64,000 nucleotides of DNA from Asterias rubens (lineage: Eukaryota), in the NCBI RefSeq assembly GCF_902459465.1, contig NC_047080.1:11470001-11534000 (forward strand), given 5' to 3'. Below are positions 1 to 10,414 of this stretch, piece after piece. Made by a program: the position numbers and the translations under genes. Under the pieces are notes generated by a model. That model had not been told where the DNA came from. It searched no databases and saw only the letters and a list, made by a program, of their open reading frames with translations. The first letter of the stretch is position 1, and each line of letters starts with the position of its first letter.

Positions 1-1240
1 CCTTATGATTTTTTGTCAAAATTTGAAAAGTTCACAAGGCTATAGCCTTATGATTTTTTGTCAAAATTTGAAAAGTTCACAAGGCTATAGCCTTATGATT
101 TTTTGTCAAAATTTGAAAAGTTCACAAGGCTATAGCCTTGCGATTTTTTGTCAAAATTTGAAAAGTTCACAAGGCCTTATGATTTTTTTGTCAAAATTTG
201 AAAAGTTCACAAGGCTATAGCCTTATGATTTTTTGTCAAAATGTGAAAAGTTCACAAGGCTATATTCCTTATGATTTTTTTGTCAAAATTTGAAAAGTTC
301 ACAAGGCTATAGCCTTATGATTTTTTGTCAAAATTTGAAAAGTTCACAAGGCTATAGCCTTGCGATTTTTTTGTCAAAATTTGAAAAGTTCACAAGGCTA
401 TATAGCCTTGCGACTTTTTCGTCAAAATTTGAAAAGTTCACAAGGCTATAGCCTTATGATTTTTTGTCAAAATTTGAAAGTTCACAAGGCTATAGCCTTA
501 TGATTTTTTTGTCAAAATTTGAAAAGTTCACAAGGCTATAGCCTTATGATTTTTTGTCAAAATTTGAAAAGTTCACAAGCCTTATGATTTTTTTGTCAAA
601 ATTTGAAAAGTTCACAAGCCTTATGATTTTTTTGTCAAAATTTGAAAAGTTCACAAGGCTATAGCCTTATGATTTTTTTGTCAAAATTTGAAAAGTTCAC
701 AAGGCTATAGCCTTATGATTTTTTGTCAAAATTTGAAAAGTTCACAAGCCTTATGATTTTTTTGTCAAAATTTGAAAAGTTCACAAGGCTATAGCCTTAT
801 GATTTTTTTGTCAAAATTTAAAAAGTTCACAAGGCTATAGCCTTATGATTTTTTGTCAAAATTTGAAAAGTTCACAAGCCTTGCGATTTTTTTGTCAAAA
901 TTTGAAAAGTTCACAAGGCTATAGCCTTGCGACTTTTTCGTCAAAATTTGAAAAGTTCACAAGGCTATAAGCCTTGCGATTTTGTCGTCAAAATTTGAAA
1001 AGTTCATAAGGCTATATAGCCTTATGATTTTTTGTCAAAATTTAAAAATTTCACAAGCCTTGTGACTTTGTCGTCAAAATTTGAAAAGTTCACAAGGCTA
1101 TAGCCTTGTGGCTTTTTCGTTAAAATTTGAAAAGTTCAAAAGCCTTGTGCCTTTTGTGAAAAATTTGAAAAGTTCACAAGGAACTTTGTCGGAAAAACTT
1201 GAAAAACTTGACTTTTTCACCAAAATTTGAAAAGTTCACA
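1..1240. repeat. About 45-bp tandem satellite (CCTTATGATTTTTTGTCAAAATTTGAAAAGTTCACAAGGCTATAG) with about 38-bp deletion variants
   Basis: Directly visible array running off the window start and degenerating after about 1000. Confidence 0.97.
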
Positions 1241-1390
1241 AGGCTTATTATTATTATAGCCTGTACACTTTTGTCAATTGTGTTCTAATCCAGTTTGGCT
1301 TATAAAAGTGTACTTTTGTCTGAAAAACTTATCAAATTTTGCCTGAAACTTTGTCGAAGCATAATATAAAATTACTACACCTTTCATGTC

Positions 1391-4300
1391 TTATAACAGC
1401 AACTGGCTTGGTTGTTCATTCCGGATCCTTAGCCAAACTGCTGAATGTCTTGACAATACTGATGTTGGGTGTTGCTCTCCTTTATACCCTGCAGCCTTCA
1501 AGATGTCAGTAGAGGAGATTCCATCCCAACTTGATAACAAGCAATTGTTATTTAAATCTCTGGCCCTGAAACAGTGAGAAAAAAAGTGCAAAGTTTATTG
1601 CAGGTAATTAAAAACAGGTGAAGACCCCCTCCTAAATGCAATAAATTTTTTCCATAGAAACCAGTGTGTGCGAAGTCATAGATTATTTTCAGACCAACAC
1701 TTTTTATTCATTTTGGGGTTTAAGGCCAACCATAGCACTCTGTGAGAAACTTTACAAACTTCTTTCTCATATCTTTTCAGGGGAAGCGTTTGGGTGGAAT
1801 ATTTTGAGCTGACAATGATTTTTGATAACCCTAGTAAATAACATGTTGTTGGTGTTTTTTCTTCTTAAACCACTTATTACTGTAAAACAAAAAACATTGA
1901 TTTATACTCATCTTCAAAGCTCAAAATGAGGGAGGGGGCATGTGGTTGACGAAGGGCGTCTTGTTGGTTCCACCATGTCTTTCAATTTTCAACGTTTCTT
2001 CTAGTTTAAAAGGCAGTGGACACTATTGGTAATTGCTCAAAATAATGTTAGCATAAAAACTTAATTGATGACAAGCAATGGAGAGCTGTTGGTAGTGTAA
2101 AACATTGTGAGAAACGGCTCCCTCTGAAGTATAATTTTTGAGAAAGAAATAATTTCTCACTTAAATATTTGAATTTGATTATGAGACCTCAGAACTAGAG
2201 ATTGAGGTCCTGAAATAAAGCATCTGAAAGCACACAATTTCGTGTGACAAGGGTATTTTTTCTTCCATTATTATCTCGCAACTTCGACTCCCAATTGAGT
2301 TCAAATTCTTACAACTTTGTTACTTTGTATGTTGAGATACACAAAGTGAGAAGACTGGTCTTTGACAGTTACCAAAGGTGTCCAGTGTGTTTAAACTGCT
2401 TATCCCGCTTAGTTACCTTACTAGGCAGACCTTCTGCAGTGACAATAACCAAATTAAGTACATTATAACAAATAACTGCAAGTTATGTCATCATAATTAA
2501 TGAGAAATATTTTGACTATTGTAAGATTACATAATGTCATCCAGCAATGGTCAAATTATTTCCGAATTATCGTAAGATTACATGAATAATGTAATTTGAC
2601 ATTGGTTAAATTATTTCACAATAATTGTGACCGTCCACCACAAATGGGCTGTAAAGTCGCACTTGCACATTGCAGAGCCTATTAAATTGTTTGGGTTATC
2701 AAGAAAACTTTGAGAAATCTGAATAAAAAAATATGTGGCTTTGAGAAATCATAACTTTGTCAAGAAATATCTGATTTAAATGTGGATGGTATCATTTTGA
2801 AGCTGATTACACACTCTCTCAAAAAATGCATTAATCCCATAACAGTGAAAGTGTCAACTTTACAGCCCATTGGTGGTGGATGATCACAATTATGATTGCG
2901 TAACTTGCACAAAATACATACAAAGGGGAGTGCAGCTCCAATAGCTCAGGCAAGTCTTGGACACGTCTTGAAGGGTAAATCTGTTTGAGATAGAAGGCTC
3001 TCTGCAAAACAGTCAAACAAACAAACTTCAAAGTTAAACTTTGTCTAAACTTTCCAAATAAAAGAATTAAACCCAAAAATGTCTTTGTGAACAATTAAGT
3101 TGGTTTGAAGAACTCAAGCACATCATATTTTGAAAATGAGAATGGTATCTTGGCAAAGGCAGTGAGTTGAAATCCAGTCTAAATATGGCTTCAAGTGTTT
3201 TTCTCACAGGTTTCAGGGAAAGCACAGAGTATAGTTAACCCACCTTGTTGAGCTGTTAATGGGGAGTTCAGACAACTCGTCTGTCGGACAACTCGACCTT
3301 TCAGACAACTCGAAGGTTGAGACCGCTCAACTGTTCAGACAACTCGACAGATGTTTTTTTGTCAGACAACTCTACTTAGGACCTAGACAAGTCGACGGCC
3401 GGATGGCAGTGATGGGGGCCTCGGCACGGGCCCCTACAGGGCCGGGAAAGGTGGGGGGATAGGGTAAGGGTTAGGGTTAGGGTTTATTTACAAGAAAATT
3501 GAGTAAACATGTCAGTGACAAGTCGATCGTTCAACTGTCGACTTGTCGCGGCCATTTGTCGAGTTGTCTCAAAGTCGAGTTGTCTGAACCGCCGAGTTGT
3601 CCAAACGCTCGAGCTGTCTCAACCGTCGAGTTGTCCGATGGACGAGTTGTCTGACTTCTGTTAATGGCTCTTTTCTTCCATCGGTCTCGTCACAGTTGCT
3701 GAGACCGATGTTAAAACTATAATCAAAGAGAGCCATTAACAGCTCAATGAGGTGTGCTAAGAGTATAGTATACAGTGCAAAAGCCATAATACACATTATT
3801 ATTATTATTAAGAGCAAATCAAAATCTTACCATGCTAGAGCAGGTGGCTATAGCGACAGCTAAAGTATCTTATTTAATCATCATTTTTCCAAAAATACCA
3901 CTAGCCTATACGTTGAAAATTGAACCCCATCCCCGCAGTTTGGACTGCGTGAGGGTGCTCTCAATAATATTTGTATCACTTCCAGGAGTATAGGCGATTC
4001 GTGTGCAGTTTTATCAATTTGCAATTCTGTCACTTCTGTGCGCCGCAGTTTTACATTGAAAGAGGCTATATTTATAAAGGTTCCTTTAAAAATCTTATTG
4101 TCCATGGATATAATGCCTGGGGTGGTAATGTGTTCCTGTCTTCAATAAATTTTGTTGTGTTGAATGAAATTACCCTGGAAGTGACAACGATATGTTTTGA
4201 GAGCGCCCTCACGCAGTAAAAATTACAGGGCATTGAGCTGAACTCGCCACGATGTGCCTTGGACCGCCAATCCAAATGTGGGGCATACAACTACAAACTT

Positions 4301-5340
4301 AAGAAACCCAAAGAATCTTAACCCAGTGTTGCTGTTAGTGTTAATTCCCGCATTAAAAAGTATAATTGACTACCAGAGATAAAATTATGTAAATATGTTG
4401 TTTTATCTGCTATTGCCTTTCAAAATCAAACATACGTAAGGGATGGATATAAAGTACAAAATTGAGGCAAGCCACCATATAGCTAGCCCTGGTAGGACGC
4501 CCAGTCGGTGCCAAGGCATTGCATGCAACCATCGGACGAGAGTCCAACCTGAGCTATATAATAGCGGATACACGTGTGTTCAAAATGACCGCCAGCCAAC
4601 TTACGTGTACAGTGAAACCCAAAAATTGTTCATTTGGACTCTTTTAAATCATCACATTCACGAGAAGAGGTCTTCACCAGAAGGTATATGTATAAATGTC
4701 AACTCACCTTGTGTTTGAAGAGATCTTGGCCGATGAATTACACATAAAGTGTAAAAGAATTGCCGAGTAAACAAACATTTCCGGGGGTCAGTCATTTCCT
4801 TTCTTGAGGGCGCTCGAGTGATCACACTAGACTCGTTCCCAGTCCTTGCATAATTTATGAGCCTTGAAGTGTGACGTTAGAATATTCAGGCTAGATCACC
4901 CACCTATGTATAATTTGCATATAAAAAAAGAACCGTCCTTGCAAAGAAACAATGGTATTTTTTATTTCTCGAATGTTTTAAAAATGTAGGACTCAAATCC
5001 CTTGTGATTTCTTTCAGTAGGCCAATTTGACAAAAATTGATAAAATTGATGGACTTATTTTGATTTTTAAAATTTTTTTTGATTAAAATGCAGGACTTAC
5101 CAACTGTGATTTTTCATTTTTTTTTAAAATTGTATTTTTAGGCAAAGCATTTATCAAATTTTGGTAATATTTTTTTTTTTAAAGGGGGTGAGTCTAGCCA
5201 TTTTTATCACTTATGCCAATTCATTTGACTTGACCTATTGCACCTTTTAAAAAGTCCTCACTCCAAATGTGTTCCTTTAGCATGCAGTGAAGTTGGTTGC
5301 CTTTAAAGTGCCTGGGAAAAGTGTCTGGTACGGCATTGCC
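1391..5340 (-). CDS. Unidentified spliced gene, candidate minus-strand exon chain 5235-5340, 3831-3859, 2922-3001, 1391-1565
   Basis: Four GC-elevated islands with acceptor/donor signals, phases 0-1, 1-0, 0-2, 2-stop, giving one open peptide. No recognisable family and no clear 5' exon. Confidence 0.42.
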
Positions 5341-5818
5341 CTATAATGAAGACACATGAAAACAAATATGTAGTTTTGATTTGTGTTGTACAGATCGTGT
5401 ATTAAAAACATAATTTCCTCTAAAAGACAAACAAGTAATTGACAATGAGTGTCTTCATTATCATTCACACAATTGTTACAAGTGCAGCATTTTTTACAAA
5501 AAATGGCTGCGAATGTTTACATGTACAAACCAAGTCTGTCAAAATACCTTAGAGATATTCAGCATATCTTTGTCTTGCCCCTGGTACCTAGAACCAATCT
5601 TCATACTAACAATCGGTTTATCAAAAAGAGAGCCAGACTATTTTCCCTTCCAGCCTCGGTTTGGCTACATTGATTTGAATAGGACAGGACCAAGATGGCT
5701 GACACATGTTCAAAGTCTTTTACATTCAGAAGAAAACACATTTGAGTCCATTGCTCCAGTCAAATCCGATCGACCCAACCAATCATCCCCAGCGTTAACA
5801 TCACACAGAGATCAGTGA
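1400..5818 (+). CDS. Alternative candidate plus-strand exon chain 1400-1573, 1781-1833, 5592-5818
   Basis: Good acceptors, phases 2-2, 2-1, 1-stop, AATAAA at 6091-6096; overlaps the minus chain at 1400-1565; unrecognised product. Confidence 0.3.
2007..2394 (+). mobile_element. MITE family A (TIR AAAGGCAGTGGACACTATTGGTAATT)
   Basis: Imperfect TIRs, TA-rich flanks, internal sequence shared with five other copies in the window. Confidence 0.85.
3263..3658. mobile_element. Foldback-type non-autonomous element with 9-bp TSD (TGTTAATGG), nested in a smaller MITE (3248-3747)
   Basis: TIR (G)GAGTTCAGACAACTCGTC / GACGAGTTGTCTGACTTC; many AGACAACTCG subrepeats mirrored between halves; TSD at 3254-3262 and 3659-3667. 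Confidence 0.85.
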
Positions 5819-6159
5819 TTGTAACTTGGATTCAGTCTATAACAAGCTAGCTCCCTTTTTTGTGGTATCACAGTACTGGAATTTCATCTTAAAGAGGGCA
5901 AAGCCATTTTCATTTAGCAAACGGCACATCTAAAGTCTCTTGGAAACTTTTAAAGGGGCACCAAGGCCAAGAGTCCAGGGCCACCATTGCCCCCATAACA
6001 ATTGTGCAATTACAGGCTTGGTGTCATATCAAAACGAACTCCATACAAATAACTTGATTAAAGTTACCTTTTTATACAACCATTTGTAACAATAAAAGAA
6101 ATATTTCAATTGTACATCTTACAAATTTTGTTTGACCTGCAAAATATCAACCCCTTTTT

Positions 6160-9100
6160 ACATACACATAAAATCATTTATTAAACGCGTACAATAATAA
6201 CAATGATCACTTCATAAAGTGCATGTATCTGTCAAAAATTATGCTCCCGGTGCATAAAATACAAAAAACTAAATTGACATACAAAAATGATGGGAAAACA
6301 GATGGCTTCTTATAGTACTATTCAAAACATTACACTGCAGACAAATGCACACAAATCTGTGTTTTTCTTCATTTGCAGACATAAAAAACTCTTAGCATTT
6401 TGATGGATATGATTTGAAAGCAAATAAAACTTGATTTACAAACAGCCAACTGGTGTGTAATATGTAGTTTGTATCCTCTCTTAGCAGTTTGAAAGACCTT
6501 TCTTTATATTTACCAGTAAATATCTAATTAACACTATACAATCTCAATATTCTTATTTCATACAGTTACATGTAAAGATATTCACTCAATAACAGTAATC
6601 GTTGTTGTCTGAATAGAACATGGCGATGGGTTTAGAGTAAGTTGTCTTCTTCGACTGTTGCTAAAAGAATAACTTCTTAAAATAAGTGAGTTAAAGAAAG
6701 TCAAGGTATTAATAAATGATGTGCTGGAAATTATCAGATCTTTAATTTGATCCTCGTGAAAATACTGAAATACAAAACAAATTTGAAAATATGAAAACCT
6801 TTTGTTACTTCCCTCACCACATGATTCATTTTTTCTTTTAAATTCCTCGTCTCTGAGACGAGAGACGTTGCTATACAATTATTTCCATCTATCATTGGGC
6901 AGCGATTTTGAACTTTGTCCATGTAAACCCATGCATCCAAAAAGACCAAAAACCAGGCTGGTCCCTTTTGGTGTATAACTATCAGCACTATTACTACATA
7001 ACGTAATACAGGGAACCTAACAGAGATACCTAAAGCATGGAGAAGAATTCACATTTCAGAATGTAGCCAAGACCTACATATTAGATAAGAACTCCAATGA
7101 GGATTATATTATTGAGAATTGAATTGAAACACACTTCCATCTCAATTAACAGTGATATTATTTCACACTAAAATTGTGCACCTTTTTGAAATATCATTAA
7201 ATAGAAAATCCACTGATTACTCACTTGAAATATATATATATATATTTATAATCCTTTGGATTTGGGTATATCAGTGCATTCCATATACTGGAATACTTAG
7301 TTATATATACAACGACAACAGGTGGAAGGTAGCGTGGTACCAGCCCACCACAGATATAACAAATGAATAGTGGTTAGGAAGGATGATAAGTGAGTAGGAC
7401 ACCAGTGATAACATCAAGACTCAAGAAGCACCCCCATCCCCAAACACACAAACTTTCACTGTCTAAACTTTTTAGTAATTGATCACAATCCTTAAAATAT
7501 GTTACAAGGTTTGGCTTATTATAAAGTACATTGATTAAATTGAATTCAAATTCCTCTGAGGGGGCTACTTGGTGTGAAGTTGTACTCATAGTGAGAGGTG
7601 CATATAGTAAATGGTAAAGAAAGTCACTCAAGGTGTTTGTCTTTAGTTAGGTCTTTCCACTCTTATCCTCCACCCCACACCCAAAAAATCCATTACTGAA
7701 TAAAAAAAAACATACTTCTTCTATTTTTGCAATGACTAAACCATGTGGCAGAGTGAGTCCTCCGTGTTCTTCCCCTCTTGTAACAGAAGTGTCCCCCAGT
7801 GACATTCTCCAACATTCTCCAAAGATTTCCTTAGATTTCCTTAGATTCTCGGCACACAATGAAACACAATGGGAGGAGGGCACACACCCTGTCACATATC
7901 AAACACCAAATGAACGACGCAGTCTTACAGTAAACCTTTGAGACCAGAACCCACACGAAAATATAGATAGTCTATAACCATCAAATACAAGTTCTATGAG
8001 CAATGCAATTTAAACATCTTTGTAATACTTTTCCAACACTTAGTGGCAAGAAGTGGCATCTCTAAGAAACGGACACAATAAGTGATTTTATGATCATGAT
8101 CACATATATTGTAGTCAAAAGATGCTTTTGCATTGAAAAACACGTTTTAAAAATGTTACGGTTTTGGGCAAAGTATTTTATAGCATTGCCAATATGAGCT
8201 ACTAGAAATCCAAATGAAAGAATTGGTGGATTGGAAACTTGCATTAAAACATTAAAAAAAATGAGCTGCTATATACAACAACAGAAATGACTGCAATAAA
8301 AATATCTTTGAATGACAGACTAAATTTGCATTGCAAATAACTTGCACAAAATCGAGGGCCACCATGCAATGTGAGTGATTTTTTAAATATAAAACAAAAA
8401 ATATTATTTTACAAAATTTGGTGAACAGGGAAACTCAACTTGCATTGCACATAAAAATAAAATAAATAATCAGTTGCATTAATAATAATTGAAATGTTTC
8501 ACATAAATCGGCAAGATTATTTGTTTTAATAGAGGGCAAAGTTTTGTCTTCAATGATTTGTGTTTCGACACAATCAAGTTAATGTAAACGAATCACCAAC
8601 TCTATTGTCAACTGGTACACTGGTACTTAAACAAGGTTGATGTTGTCAGTACAGTACCATCAAATGGTAGAAGCGTTTAAATTTTGTAATGTCTGTTAAA
8701 AACTTTGAAGCTTAATTTGGCAAGAGATATTCAAGTAACAAGGTGTTGCAGACCAGCAGAGACTGATGTCTGGCTAAAGAGATGTTTCAAAGCGGTTTTG
8801 TGAAACCACTGGGGGTTCCTACGCCTGTGCCTATTCCAATTTTAATTTTTTCTTAACTGTTCAAAAGTATGGAGAACTTTAAACATGGCACGTGTTATGA
8901 AAAACTCTCCTAAAAAAAAAAAAAAAATCATTGCACTTTTCAAAAGAAAAAAAAAACACAAAAAAAACACAGCTGCAGCTGGTAGCTAATTCTCCATCAC
9001 AAATCAGCCTTTCTATGTGTTTTTATGACGACACAGGGAAAGTTTTCTTACAACTGTCTCATATAAAATCATCTTGACTGGTCCAAAACCACGTAGATTT

Positions 9101-10275
9101 CTGAACAAGACTTTTAGTTTGTGCTTTACATGTTTTGTGCTTGATATTGTTTAAAAAAAATTAATACAAAAAAACATAATGAATTTTTTTAAAGGAAATC
9201 TCTTCCACAAGAGATAAAGGTCATTGTGTCTAGTAAGATAATAAACAAAAAATTTAGTTTTTTTTATGCATCTATGGTTTCCTACGTCTACTCTATCAAG
9301 GGCCAGCCCTGTCCTAATACTAGTCGACACGTTATCATCATAACACAGTGCTTCAGCCATTGTTATTATTTATCATTATACACTTTGAGCAAGGTGCAGG
9401 AAGCGTTCAACAACCGACCAGTTCCTCTTGAACATGGTTCTAACATTTTGACCCTCAGACTTGGTACTTCTTTGGACTCAACATAATCATGACAGAACCA
9501 AGTTATGTTCTCAGCACATGCTTCCAAGGGTTGTCCAATTTGTTGTTGATTTACTTGTATAAATAAGTTTTATACCTTAGTTACACCAGTGACAATTGGT
9601 GTACCAATTTTGAACACTAACCAAATCAATGACCCTGTTGATCGAAACCCCCTCTAGGACGTGTGGCATGGTCCAGCTTAGGGTATCAGCGCATTTGGCT
9701 GACTAGTGTGTACAATGTGGTCAACACAATACAAATAATCAAACATGTCAGAAAGTACTGACCGTGGCCCTCGTTTGAGGGTCTCGTTTTAGCTTTGGAA
9801 CATTCCAGTTCTTGTCCCAGTGAATGTCTGCCACCTTCTTGTCCTTCCGACCATTTCAACATCATATCTATTTTACCTTACATGTGTGTAAATTTACCCA
9901 GATGCAAAACGCCAGCCTGTCTCGTTCTCCATCATTATTCAACTTAATTCAAGTTGATTTCCCTTGAACATTTTTCTTATGCCAGTAAACACAATCCTAC
10001 ATATAAGTGAATAATAATTGTCATTACTCAACCTTCTGATATGTGTTGCCAACCGGACTTCTTTCTGCTACTAAAAATTTCCATTTATTCTTCAATGGCA
10101 GTACCAAATCCTCTTTTTGACGACCTTTCCTCCTAACCTTCCCCTAGAAAATCTCATCGTAGGCTCTCCGAGTCGAGTCTTCCAACAAAAGTTTCTTTAA
10201 GTTGATGGACCATTCGTCAGATTTTGGACACGATAAATTCGTCAAGATTTCATCACGTTGTCTGCAGCGACTTGC
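6160..10275 (-). other. Possible extended Slo2 3' UTR
   Basis: AATAAA on the minus strand at 10084-10089 (proximal) and 6177-6182 (distal); no recognisable MITE or SINE copies in between. Confidence 0.4.
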
Positions 10276-10414
10276 TTATAGCTTGGTGTCGACGTTGCTA
10301 CCCTGTGGTTCTACTCTAGGCTCAGCCTTCCTTGGCTTTCGTCGGCTGCTGAATTTACGGCGTGGTGGCATCGGGGACGGTGTCTTAGGACCTCCTGCAG
10401 GCTTGATAATGAAG
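10276..10414 (-). CDS. KCNT: Slo2 terminal coding exon (FIIKPAGG...GSNVDTKL*)
   Basis: ctctgattctaccctcag acceptor, phase fits, ends in the PDZ-type motif DTKL then TAA. Confidence 0.88.

Noticed and set aside
5-220. 71-aa repetitive ORF
   Set aside because: Translation of the 45-bp satellite.
3466-3483. TTAGGG telomeric repeats
   Set aside because: Only 2-3 units, internal to a transposon-like element; not a telomere or fusion site.
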